Below, piece by piece: positions 43,001-54,800 of a stretch of DNA of 64,000 nucleotides. The stretch comes from Sphaerodactylus townsendi (taxonomy: Eukaryota): the NCBI RefSeq assembly GCF_021028975.2, contig NC_059438.1:25358001-25422000 (forward strand), read 5' to 3'. Within the stretch, counting starts at the first letter, position 1. Each line of letters starts with the position of its first letter. The position numbers were made by a program, and so were the translations under genes. The notes beneath the pieces were generated by a model, which worked only from the letters and a program-made list of their open reading frames with translations, searched no databases and had not been told where the DNA came from.

Positions 43001-46000
43001 GGTCAGTGTGTGTCCTGGGAGGGGGGGGGGCACTAGTTCTTGCTGTGCAGGTGCCCCAGTGTCCTAAGAGAGAAAAGGCGCTTCTGCATTCAGCCCCCAG
43101 CACAGCCTGTATGGGAGGCTGAGTTTTGTGGCTTGCAGTTGCTGAGGTGTCCCTCAAGAACTTGTCTTGCTGCAGACTTCCTAGAGTTCTGGATAAAGAT
43201 TAGTTTTTGCTGAGCCTGTTTCCAGGCCTGTCTTTGACTCCAAAGTGCACAAAAGTGAAGCAACGGAACCGCTTGCAGGTGGAGTGGCTTAGATTCTTAT
43301 TTGTGTGTTGCCTGTGCTCTGAGGGTGGGAATATGAAACCTGCCAAAGGGGGAAGCTGATGACATCAATGGGAGCTGACTCTTTGACCTTTGCCTGGCCC
43401 TTGGAGGAGTTTTGCCTTGGGAGCCAAATACACCTGGGGTCCCTTGCAGTGTATTAAAGGTGTCCCAGGACTTGTTTTGCACTCCCTGACGCAAGACCAC
43501 GCTCTGCAGCTATAGTTTTGTTAGAAGCTGGTGGCACCCACTAGGTGGGGGGAGGGAAGAGCGCTCCAAAGGTCCCTACCAGCCAAGTTCAGACTGACAT
43601 ATGTTTTCCCTCTTGCTTCAGTGCCTGATCCTAACCTGTAGGATTGAAATCCCCTTGAGTTGCTTTGTGACCAGTAGCCTGGCAGCCACATCCACAGCCC
43701 ATTGATTCCACTCGTTGGCAGGGAGGGAAGTGGGTGTTCTAATGCCACAGGGGCTCTTTGGGAAGTGTAGACTGAGCCGGGTAATCTTGGCAATCCTCCT
43801 TTTCAGCATCCCGGAGGCGAGGAGGTTTTGCTTGAGCAAGCTGGCAGAGATGCCACGGAGTCCTTTGAAGACGTGGGTCACTCTGTGGATGCCCGGGAGA
43901 TGCTCGATCAGTACCTCATTGGAGAGGTTCATCCGGTGAGGTCCTATGGATTAAAACAACTGGTAGCACGATAGTGGCGCTTGTGTGTGTGTGTGTTTGC
44001 AAAGTGCCGTCAAGTCACCGCCCCCACAAGGTTTTCAGGCAAGAGATGCTCAGAGACGACGCGCCACTGCCTGCCTTTGTGTTGCAACCCGGGACTTCCT
44101 TGGTGGGCTGCCCTCCCAGGACCAACCAGGATTGACCCTGCTTAGTTTCTGGGGTCCCATGAGATTGGTCTAGCCTTGGCTATCCAGAGCAGTGGTGGCG
44201 AACCTTTGGCACTCCAGATGTTATGAACTACAATTCCCATCAGCCCCTGCCAGCATGGCCAATTGGCCAGCATGGCTACCATGGAGCTAGGGCAAAACAA
44301 CTGTCACATAGGATACTTTCTCCTTGGAGGAGTGGCTGAGGACAGCAGTTCCATTTGTGGCCATGGCGGAAGGTGCTCTGTGACTCAGAGCAGAAAGGAG
44401 GCACAAGCGTTCTTTTCTCCATGCCTGGGGCAATGAAAGTGGGGCAATGAAAGTAGCCCCCACACCAAAGCATCGGCCCTCCTCAAGGGCTTGGGAGCCA
44501 AAGCGGGAGAACAGCTGGCTCCTCCTTGGAGATTCCCTCCGTTGAGGTTAACTTCTCTCCCTTCTCTTGACAGAGTGACTGCAAACCTGAGGGCCCCAAG
44601 GTAAGCCACCGTGAGGCATCTTCCGTTCTGTCCCAGAAGAGTCCTCAGAGTTGTATCAAGAACGGTCGCCCTGCACTGCTTGGCTTGTGAGAGCACGGGG
44701 GAAGAAGAACCACCACCATGAGCTGGTTGGCAGGAGGAAGTGCGGGGGCCCTTTTGGCTTTCTACCAATGGCCTGCCAGTAACTCTTCTCTCTGGACTCT
44801 GCCGGTCGAGGGAGGCTTCTGCTTCTGCCAATGTCATGGCTCCCAGCAGTCTCCAGTCCTAGGCAAAACCCTGCTCTTGTCTCCCTGAAACCAGGCGGAA
44901 CGAAGCACTCTGGGAGGCAGGTGCTATTTGTCTTTGCTGGAGGGGCTGGGAGTGCTGACATTATTATACTGCTGCTTCCTGCCAGATAGTGGGGTGGGGG
45001 GCTGTTTAGCCTGGGACATTCAGGCTATTACCCGCCTCCAATACAACAGCCTTTATTAGGCATATTAAAATAGGCTCCAGAGCATTACAGACATTTCTGA
45101 AGTACAAATCAAAAGTACATTCAAAACACAGACAGACAAACTGTATCTAGCATTGGACGTTACTTAGAAAATTCTGTCACTTGTAAAAGAAATTTTGCTA
45201 CTTTTTCCGAGAGCATGGCCTGTGTTATTTAACAAAAGCTCCACAACAGAGTCGTCAGAGTCTCTTTCAGATTTGTCTAAGACCCGCCCAGGAGAGAAAT
45301 TCCTAAAACTCACATATCTCGGACAGTCAAGTATAAAGTGAGCAGGAGTCTCCACTTGGTTTTTACAGTGTGGACAGACCCGATCCTGGAGAGGGATAGA
45401 TAGGTAGCGACCCTTTGTAATGGCCGATGGGAAAGTATTGCATCTGGCCCTTGTAATAATCCATCTCTGTTGTTACCCACCTCCATTTCCTGACCAGTCT
45501 TTCTGTGAGCTCAGTGGCCAGTAACACCACCGTCCTTCGAGCTTACTGTAATTGATGGACATAACGATAGAATGCCTTCTGTTGTTTTCTGTCAGAATGG
45601 GACCCAGGCTCTTTGATAGAGTGATCAGTGGGACTCAAGAGATGAAGGTTAAAACCACTGGGTTAGATTTTTTTTTCTGAAATGAGCTTGAAGTGCTATC
45701 TTGGAATGAGCACCGAGTCCCAGTCCTTCGCAGACAGGACATCGGCTCTGGGTTCTGACCGCTGTGCCCACGGATTGTCCCTCTCGTGGAGCCAAAGGGC
45801 TGTTCCGCAACGGCATTCCGGAAAGCCCTGAGCAGATTCTTCAGGGTTTTGCATTTGAGGGTATAGTTGGAAATGTTGAAAACGGTTCCCTCCCTGTGTG
45901 CAAGATTATTGTCTTGACAGACTGTAAAGGCAGCGCATGACCGTGCCGTGATTGATGATGCCCTGGGGTGTAAAAGAGTCTTGACAATATTATTGCTACA

Positions 46001-49000
46001 GACATGAAAACACCCAGCTACAACCACCCAGATTTAAACTTCCTCTGAAGCAGAGGAGGGGGCAGATGTACCACGAGTTTGCTGGGCCGGTTTGCTGTGG
46101 CAGTGGGTGGGAGCCACAGTGTAGGTTGCCGGTTCCCACATCTGCCTTCGTGTCCCCAAAATCTTGCGTGGACTTCATGACAGTGAATGTTGCACAAATG
46201 TTGTTGGCCTGAGTGTTCTGGACAGCTGTATGTGGGGATCTAGTAGAAGCGTTGGGATTATGGCGGGGGTGGGGAGGGTGCCAGAGGGCGTAGGTGAGTG
46301 AGATTCTTCCATCTGGCCTTGCCCTCATCCCAGGAGCAGGAAGGCCAGTGGGACCTGGGTTCAAATGCCTGTGGAAAGGCTCACAAGCTGACCTGTCACT
46401 GGGAAAAGCCTCGGGTTGCCTCCAGGGCTGATAGCTGGGGGAGGCTTGGATGCTGTGCTCCATCCAGCTCCACTCACTTCCTCTGGGCCAGAGAAGGAAG
46501 TCTGTGCTTGCTCCTCCTCCCATTCAGCACCCCTGCTGTGTGGTTTGTATCAGAATTTCCTGGACAGATTACTATAGACACCACCGTGGAACCAGGATCT
46601 TGCCAAATAAACATTGCCCATTGCTTTGAGGTCTCAGGCATTCTGCCCTGTTGTTCTCCAGTGTGGTCAGACTGCTTGGCAGCCCCTGCTCTGAGGCCTC
46701 TCTTGTTTTGTGTCTTTTCTCCCTCTGCTAAGTTAACGGAAGGATTGCTTTTGGGTGCTCCCCTCCTCCCCAGCTGCTTCCTCAGCCTTGGCTTTCTTGC
46801 CGCCTCTGTGTGCTTTTGGCGAAAGCAGTTTCTGTGAATCTCCAGAAATAATCACATAATCTTCCTACAAGGGCAGACTGATGTGGGCTGCGTTGTATTT
46901 GCTCCTGCTGTTTAAAGGGGAAAAAATCCTGATAGCTGAAGGAACCTCTGAGCAAGAGGTCTTGTCCACTGAGGCCGCTGCCGGCACTGCCTTAATTCCG
47001 TAGGAAGGGAAATACCCTTTGGCCTTGTGTTCTCGGCAGTCTGTAAACTCGCCTCCGAGATCCAGTGGCTGATGAGCGGGGAATTAGTTAGTGCCTGGCG
47101 TCTCCATGGAGACCGTGTGCAGAAATCATCCTGTGGCCAGGAGAAGGGGCAGTTGGGTTGGCTGGTTTTGCAACAACATGCAGCGTTTCTGAGGGATTTT
47201 TATTTGAATGCTGCTATACCTGATTTCTTCGCACTGGGCATGCAGAGCAGCTTACAAAGTAAGGCATGCATAAACCACAGAATTTAAACAAAAAATTAAA
47301 ATTTTGTGCATCTGAAGGGGGAGCCAGCGGAGAAGGGGTGCTGGAGAGCGGCAGTGCAGGCTGGGCTGTTGTAGCCCAAGGAAGTCCTTGTGAAAGGCAG
47401 AGCAGGATCTGCCCAAGGAGGCTGCTCCCAGCACGGACGGCCTGACCGTCATTGGCCAGCACCTGCGTAGGCAGCACAACGAAGCCCCTTCCAAAAACCT
47501 CGGCCCCTTAAGCTTGTCTTGCAGCACCAGGGCACGGGCCCTCTGACCTTGGGTCAGTCACAGTCTGTCAATGTAACCTACCTCACAGGGTTGTGGTGAG
47601 CGTAACATGGGGGAAGGGAGAACTGGGTAGGCCACGCTGAGCCTCCTCTAAGGAAGGGCAGGATAGAAATGCACTGGATGGATGGATGGATGGAGAACCC
47701 TCTCTTCCAGTGCTGGATGGGATGTTTTCCTCGCAGAGAGCTTGCCGTGCAGCCGGGGCCTCTAGCTGCTTGCCTTCCTCCCGCCTGTCTCTCTGCCTGC
47801 TCAAATCCTCCTTCCCTGGTGAACTGCAGGCCAAAAATGCAGCTCCTGCTGCTGCTTCACAGCCCTTCTTACACAACTTTTCCTGTTCTGGGGTTTCTCG
47901 AGTGGTTCAGCCAGTTTCTGTTTGCTAAGAGGCTCTCAAAGGCGAGTCTGTCTCCCCGCGCCTGGGACAGCCTGCCGTGTCTGCCTTCGAGCTGTGTGTC
48001 AATGGCCACTTGGTAGCCCCACCTGCGGGATTCGGCTGGTCCTTGACCACTGACATCTTCACCACTTGGAGCTCCTGTCTGGAAGTAGCACACTGAACTT
48101 TCCAGCAGCTTCTAGTCTTGCAATTTAATTTTTCTTTCCACTACTGCACATGTCCCCTTGCCCCCTCCGTTCCGCCCCAGCATTCCTGCTTCTGTAGAAT
48201 AGAGGCTGGCTAGGGAGGCATTCAGCTGGAAGCCATTTGATGGTAAAGGGAAAAGGAACGGCCGGCTCCCCTGAGGCCTAGACTCGCCTGTCCATCTTGC
48301 GCGATTGTGTCGTTGGGCAGGAAGAGCAGGCCAAACGGCCCTGGACTTGGGGGGAGCTTTCGTGCAGCTTGCTGTGATCTTGTATTTTGTCCAGCTGCAG
48401 GGGACGTGCTGGGAAGCCCCCTTGCTTAAATGGCCAGTGGATCTCCTCGGATCCATCATGGGAGAAGCAGCAAAGCCGAGCAAATGGCTGGCGGGCGGGC
48501 AGTCAGGCTCCCTCAGAGTGACTATTGGGGCAGATAGCCACTGGGGGTGCTGAGGAGGGCACTGGCTGGGGGAGGACCTGAGCAGAGGGACCTGCCACAG
48601 AGAGGTGTGTGGGGGGGGGGGGGCGCTGCTTTCTGGGCCTTCCTTAGAGGCCAGAAGTTCCAATTAACATTTGCTGTTAAAACTAATATCAGGATTTTGT
48701 TTTTGTGCCTTCTCAGGTTCCAGGCAAACCGGCATCAAACGAGGACAGGTAGGGTATCCCGGCATCAAACGAGGACAGGTAGGGAATCCCCAGGGGAGTA
48801 AGTGAGCACTGGGCCCTGTGAAGTGGCCTCTGCCTCCAGCTGTATCCAGGTGTGGCGGCTGGGACCCTCGGTGCTTCTGCCCCGCCCCTCCTTTCCCCCC
48901 TGAGCAAGATTCTTGTTGTTGTTGGAGCCCTATTGGACCGTGGCCTGCCTGCTGGTCCCTACAAGCCAGCGTGATGTTTCTTAGGGGAAAGGGGGGTACC

Positions 49001-49705
49001 CTCTTCTTTTCTGCCTTAGCAAGGCAAGCTTGGGTGTTGTTAGAAAATGTGGCGGCAAGAGCCCCTGTCTGTCCAGAGGCTTTGCAGGGGAGTGGGGGCT
49101 GGCTATGTACTTCTTTTCTGCCAGAGGAGCTTTGCTGACAGAAAATGTGGCCGGGGGGGGGGGGGGGCTGTAGTGCAGCCCCCTAAGCTCTGCAGCTGTT
49201 TGTGTGGGGCCTGCAACATCAAGGGGAATTCCTTCCAGGGCTGAGAAAAGCTTCAAGCGGGGCAGGGGGGGAAAGCAGTGCACCTTTCGTTGCTGATGTC
49301 TGCAGCCAGCAGTCCCTGTCACTTGACTGTACCACGTTCTGCCAGCATTGTGTGTGTGTGTGTGTGTGTAAGAGAGAGGGAGGGAGGCCCAATAGCATAT
49401 CTACACCATCAAATGTACTGAACAGTCATAGCAGAAGGAACTGCAAGTTCCCCAGAGGAGTGTGGAAGCTCTCGCTGTGCCTCCCAGGCCTGGCAAGGGG
49501 TGGGGGTGTAGCGGGCAGGCACAGATGCCCTGGAGAACCGCCAGGCTCCTGCTCACCCGGCCTTTCCTCTTCAGGGTGTCTGAAGTGTGGTTCATTGTTC
49601 CCTCCTTCTGCCCTCAGTGTGTGGACCATGTGGCTGATCCCCATTTTGGGAGTCTTGATCCTGGGCTTCATGTACCGCTACTACATGGACGGGAGGTCCT
49701 CCTGA
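40099..49705 (+). CDS. CYB5B: Cytochrome b5 type B (outer mitochondrial membrane), 146 aa, 5 exons
   Basis: Exons 40099-40263, 43807-43935, 44574-44600, 48717-48748, 49618-49705 total 441 nt. [25 protein letters not shown]...FEDVGHS heme-binding motifs, tail anchor [18 protein letters not shown]. Confidence 0.95.
41480..41789 (-). mobile_element. tRNA-derived SINE (Squam3-like)
   Basis: Reverse-complement homolog of 35910-36272. Confidence 0.85.
42297..42780. mobile_element. CpG-rich MITE-like element with nested hairpins (PIF/Harbinger-like)
   Basis: Begins TTA|GGCCCTTTCTGCA; several internal inverted repeats; no clear right TIR. Confidence 0.5.
42865..42900. mobile_element. 36-bp spacerless hAT mini-element
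   Basis: CAGAGGTGTCAAACTCCC|GGGAGTTTGACACCTGTG palindrome (1 mismatch), flanked by perfect 8-bp TSD GGCTAGGG (42857-42864, 42901-42908). Confidence 0.85.
45040..45480 (-). mobile_element. Non-LTR retrotransposon 3' fragment (same family as 22672-23024)
   Basis: [22 protein letters not shown]...VVELLLNNT peptide and AATAAAGGCTG tail on minus. Confidence 0.75.
48729..48790 (+). repeat. 30-bp tandem duplication spanning the CYB5B exon 4 splice donor
   Basis: CCGGCATCAAACGAGGACAGGTAGGG(T/A)ATC twice, one mismatch. Confidence 0.95.
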
Positions 49706-50141
49706 TGTGATCTGGCTCAACCTCGCAATGTCCCCGTGACCCTCCCATCCGTCCTTCACTGGCCAGCCCAGCCATACCGGTGCCTGCAGAGCCAAGCTGG
49801 AATCAGGGGGGCCCACCAGGCCCTCGCCCTCCCAGCAGAACCCAGTTCCCAGCCATTCCCTGTGACGACCCGCGTCCATCTTTAGCAGCTTCATTGAGCA
49901 GCAGGTTCCAGCTTGTGGCTCCCGAAATCCATGTTGGCCTGTCTTGTTTGTCCTAAGAGAGGAGGACGGCATGCTTTCATCATCCCTGCCCAGAACGAGA
50001 CTAGCACAAGAAATGGTTCCACCAGCACAGCTGGACGACGTGACCAAAACAGCAGCGCACAGCTGGCATCAGGGGGCTTTCCTGTGAAACGGTTAAACAA
50101 GGCCCATTTTCCTGGCCTTTTTAATTACCCGCCTGTTCTGT

Positions 50142-50147
50142 AATAAA
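50142..50147 (+). terminator. Candidate CYB5B polyadenylation signal AATAAA
   Basis: Canonical hexamer about 440 bp after the stop, followed by a T/GT-rich tract. Confidence 0.65.
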
Positions 50148-50339
50148 ACGGTTCCACACATCCTCTGTACCAGCAGCCTTTGTTTCTCTGTGGGTCGTAG
50201 GGAACCTGCTGCCGCTCGGTTCGGCTTTACTGCAGACACAGACTTACGTGAAGTAATGCAAAAGAGATGGAAGTTGAGCCTTCAAATTCGAGACAAGAAA
50301 CAGGACTACCTAGAGGGGATGGTGTGCCCAGCTTATCAT

Positions 50340-51200
50340 GCCCTGCCATGGATCTGTTCCGTGGCCTCATTTTGAATACTGTGTACAGTTCTGATGATCA
50401 TATCTCAAAAAGGACGTCACAGAGCTGGAAAAATGGCTTAAGATGGCGACCGGGATGGTTGAGGGTTGGAGTCCTTTCCTTCTGACGTGTCTGGGGCTTT
50501 TCACTTTAGAAAAGGGACCACTAAGAAAAGACATGGTAGAGCAGTGGTGGTGAACCTATGGCTCGGGTTCCAGAGGTGGCACTCAGAGCCCTCTCTGTGG
50601 GCACGCGCAAACAGAGTCCCTCCCACACACATCTAGGCTGGCTTGGGCCACTGGGCTCAATTATTAGCATTAAACCTAAAACCTAGTTTTGGGAAAGAAG
50701 TGTAGGTAACCTTGTTAAGCGCTGTTAAACCCCACTTATTTTCATGCGAAGAACTAAAGCGCGATCCTTTACCTGGAAGTAAGCTTGGTTGCTGGCAATG
50801 GGGCTTGCTTCTGAGTAAACCCTCCTAGGGTCGTGATTCATCTGTTGGAATAGTTGCACGGTTGTTTCAAAGCAAAGCCACCGACAACCACCAAGCTTAC
50901 TCCCGAGTAACACACACCTCGGAGCCAACCGTTTTTTCTAAACTAAAACCTCAGTATTCAGGTTAAATTGCCGTGTTGGGACTTTGCGATAAATAAGTGG
51001 GTTTGGGGTTGCGGTTTGGGCACTTGGTCTCGCAAAGGTTCGCCATCACTGCAGAGGTTTATAAATTATGCACGGGGTAGAGAGAATTGAGAAAGAGAAC
51101 TTTCCCCCCCTCTCCCAAAATACCAGAACTTGAAGGCATCTAGTGGATCTGGTAGGCAGTTGATTCAGGACAGACAAAAGGAAATGCTGTTCTTCTGTGC
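50340..51200 (+). mobile_element. Old CR1 3' fragment interrupted by a hAT element
   Basis: CR1-like GACATGGTAGAG before 50542 continues as AGAGGTTTATAAATTATGCACGGGGTAGAG after 51051. Confidence 0.65.
50542..51051. mobile_element. Non-autonomous hAT element (hAT1-like TIRs), 510 bp
   Basis: TIRs CAGTGGTGGTGAACCT / AGGTTCGCCATCACTG; TSD degraded. Confidence 0.75.
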
Positions 51201-52261
51201 TTGCTGTTATGCCAGCCCTGGACAGTCCAATAAAACATCACAAAGTGGAGACTGTGGCGGGCTGTGGGGTGAAATCCTCTTTACCTCTCTTCTTCCCTTA
51301 TAGTTCTGCATCTGAAACCAAAGTATTAACTGGGCAGGTTTTCACAAAAATAGAGCTGTTTTCATTTTCAGGAGCCCTTTGTTAGGTGAGTTCTTGGGGA
51401 AAGTATTACATTTTTTCAAAAGGAATGTGAAATGTCAGGAATAAATCCAGGTGCTGTTGAGATGAATATGGTTTGTCTCCTGAGGGTAGCAATTTGGACT
51501 GCAGTTTTGGGGTGTAGAATGGCTGCTTAGAATGTAGTTTTGGCTTCTGCTTTTGTGACCTTTAGCATTGTACAAAAGCAGTAGTTGACATAAGTCTTCT
51601 GTGTTTCACCAGCCACATCTGTTAAAACCTATAAAAACATTTTTATTTTCTCATTTGCTACTAGGCTGTGCTGGGGGGAGGGGGGGTTCTTACCAGGTTG
51701 GCCGTTTACTGGGATCAAGATTCCTTTTCCTGAAGCCAGCTGACTGGGTGTGTTTTGGAAGGAGCCAAGAACCAAGGAAGCTGATATGCTGGATCAAGTA
51801 GCTTTAAAATTCGTCCTCCTGGCAATGTGTAGCCAGCAGCTGGCTGTTCTGTCCACACCTGGGCCTTGAGGACTTTGCTGCAGAAATGCAGCCAGGAGTG
51901 ACTGGGTGGGCGGGTGGGGGATTGTCTGGAGGCAGCTGGCTTGCAGGCTTAAATCTGTGCTCTTTGTGTTTGTTGAATTTAGCTGATAAGGGACCGGGGG
52001 CATGTGTCTCTCGCTCTCTCTGTAAAGCCAAGGTTCAGACCTGGTTGCCTTGGCAACTGATCCATCTGCAGCACAGGTTACGGTGGGGAACACTGAAGAA
52101 ATTGTCTGCTCTTGAGAAAGGGGCGGCTGGAGCACACTCTCTGCAGGGAGGAGGCAGCAGCAGGTCAAGTGAAACTTCTGCTTGGAGTAAAATCCCCAGC
52201 CAGCCCTATCAGCGATGGCACTCAAGTTTGCTGCTGCCACAGGGTTGCCATTCTGAACTTA

Positions 52262-52525
52262 ATGTATTGTCGAAGGCTTTCATGGTTGATTCACCTGAGC
52301 TAAGGAGCTTTTCCAGGTGCTCAGGGTGGTTGTATCTGGTAGCATCTTGTTCTTGATGTTTTCACCTGCATCTGTGCCAGCATCTTCAGAGGTGTATCAC
52401 AGAGGTATAGCACACTTTTCTCTCTGATACCCCTCTGAAGATGCCGGCCACAGATACAGGCAAAATGTTAGGAGCAAGATCTACCAGACCTCGGCCCCAC
52501 AGCCTGGAAAACCCACAACAACCAT
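52262..52525. mobile_element. Penelope-like element remnant, inverted pLTR pair with degenerate hammerhead motifs
   Basis: Inverted copies of CCTCTGAAGATGCCRGCCACAGAT..AGGC(G)AAA(C)GTTAGG; homologous to 57758-57927 and 59716-60000. Confidence 0.75.
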
Positions 52526-53424
52526 TCTGAATTTAGTTTCCCTGAAACGGGGACTGAAGCCCACTGGAAACTTGGTTTCCGTTCCTGTCAGGTTTCCAGA
52601 GGCATCTGCAGAACCACTTCTTGTTACAGAGCTGAAAGGGGCAGTAGAACCCAGCGTGGCTTCCTGCTGCCCCCATCTCCCCCTCCCCCGCAACTCGCCT
52701 GTATCCCCACAGCCTCCCACGGCCCAGGAAGGAGGAGGAGTGCCTACTCAGCCTGAAATGAAAACAGCACTTTTCTTCAAGGGGGGAGGGGGTCTTTTCC
52801 CCAGAGGTTTGCTCAGTGCCAGCTGCCACCCTTGCTTTGTGAGTGAACGACTGGCCGTGGGGGACTGGAGGAAGAGCCCTGCTTTTTTGGGGGTAGGGGG
52901 GGTGGTCATAAGAATACAAGGGAGCTACCACTAAACCAGTTGGTCTCCCCTGCCTACTTTAAGCAACTGGTGTGTGTGTGTGTGTGTGTGCGTGTGTGTG
53001 TGTGCAGTCTTTCCTTGTTTGTGAACAGGATGGCCCTCCAGGGTTCTTCTGTGGGAAAGGGGCTTTGGGAGGGGATGGGGAAGGTGGGCAGTGAACGGCC
53101 GGGCACAGGTAGAGGTCCTGGGCCTCTGAGTGCCAGGTGTCAACACTAGGGGGAGGGTGGCCTTTCTGGGCCAGTTCGGGCTTCCCCGGCGCCACCTCCT
53201 TGGCCACCAACCAGTGGGATTTGGGGGGTGGGGGAAGGGCAGAAGGTTTCCTCCCTGGCTTGGAGGCCCTTTGTCTTTGGGAGGCACAATTGCCCCATGG
53301 ATGGGTGTAAGAAGCACCAGCTGCTAAGACATCTGGACAGAGCGGAGTTGGCGGCTACCTGAGCTCCTTCCCCGAGTCCGGGCTCTGGGGGGCTTCCAAG
53401 AGGGGCTGGGGGGGGGGTCTGCCC

Positions 53425-53496
53425 CAGTGGTGGGATTCAAATAATGTAACAACTGGTTCTGCTGAAGTGGTGTGAACCTGCTGAACCCCACCACTG
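53425..53496. mobile_element. 72-bp hAT MITE
   Basis: TIR CAGTGGTGGGATTCA / TGAACCCCACCACTG; TSD GTCTGCCC / GCCTGCCC (1 mismatch). Confidence 0.8.
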
Positions 53497-53819
53497 GCCT
53501 GCCCCTTGGTGTGGGGCAGCTTCTCTGCAGGAGCTGCTAGCCTCGCAAGGGAAGAACCGTGGGGCAGCAGCTGGCGGGCAAGGGGAGGGGGCTGTGCTTT
53601 TATTCTCGACCAGGCGGCTCAATCGCAGGAAGTGCCCTTCTCCAAAGCCAGGCCATCGGCAGTTCCCCGGGCTCTCCAAGGTCCAGGCAGAGGTTCACCT
53701 TGAACCCAATCCTTGTAATCGGCCGGGCAGGGGCCTGAATCCAGGGGGCCTTTGGCATGCCAGGTGCAAACCCTTTGCATGGCCCCACCCCAAGGGACAG
53801 CCTGAGCAGCTTTAAAGCG

Positions 53820-54800
53820 GCCCGAGGAGCAAGGCCGGGGGATGGACCGGTGCCCCTATGTTCCGAACTCCCCGCAAGCAGAAATCCAGCATTGCAGGCA
53901 TTGCCGGCGAGTGGGCCCCTCTCCCTCCGGTGTCAACGCGGCCACCGCGAAGTTGGCCCTCGGGGTTCCCAACTCCGGGGTGCGACGTGCGCTGGGCGAG
54001 GCTGGCGGACGGGAGGGGCCTCCGTGGAGCCTCCCCGACTCCGTGGGGCCTCCCCGACTCCGCCCTCCAGGGCTATCCACGGAGGTCAGCCCCCCCCCTC
54101 GGAGGTTGGCGCCCGTGCGGGGGGGGGGGCCTGAAGGGAGGTGTCCCAGGGCTGAGCGTGGCTCTCGCGCCCCCCCCCCCCCGACCTGCCCTGCCCGAAG
54201 CCCGCAGCAGCAGGGGAGGGAGGTCCCGAGGGCAGCTCCTCCCCGGGGACTTCGACGGCCCCCCGGCGGCCGGGCCAGAGGAAGAGCAGGCGAGGGCCGC
54301 CCCCCAGCCGCTGACACCCCCGCAGCCGGGAGCCCCTGCTGGGACGGCGGCGGCGGCGGCGGCGGCGCGAGGGGGACGGCAGCCATGCGCTCCAGGCTGG
54401 CCGCGGCGGAGGGCGCCCGGGGTGCGGCGGCGGCGGCGGCGCTGTGCGTCTGGCGGGGGACAGCGGCCGGGCCAGGTAGGCCCCCAGACGGCGGCCCGAG
54501 TGGGGGGCTGGAGCACGGGGCGGCCGGCGGAGCGCTCCGAGGGTGGCGGCGGCTCGGCGCTCTGGCGGGAAGGAGCAGGGCCGACGACGGCCCCCAGGAC
54601 TCCGGCAGCCCACCGGCCCGCTGGTGCCTCCGGCGCTCGGTATGGCGGCGCTGCGCTGCAATTGCCCTGGCTCGACGACACCATCTCCGGGCTGGCGGGG
54701 TGGGGGTGGGGGGGCTGCTCGCTCGTGCTGTGCAGCAGATGGGCGGCGAGAGGCAGCTGAAGGGGAGGTCCTCTCCAAGGAGTCCTGGGCAAGCTGCCCT
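53820..54800. promoter_or_regulatory. Orphan CpG island between CYB5B and NFAT5
   Basis: About 1 kb CpG-dense, (GGC)n-containing stretch not overlapping any recognised gene. Confidence 0.65.

Noticed and set aside
48729-48790. CRISPR-like repeat
   Set aside because: Two adjacent units with no spacer in vertebrate DNA; a simple tandem duplication.
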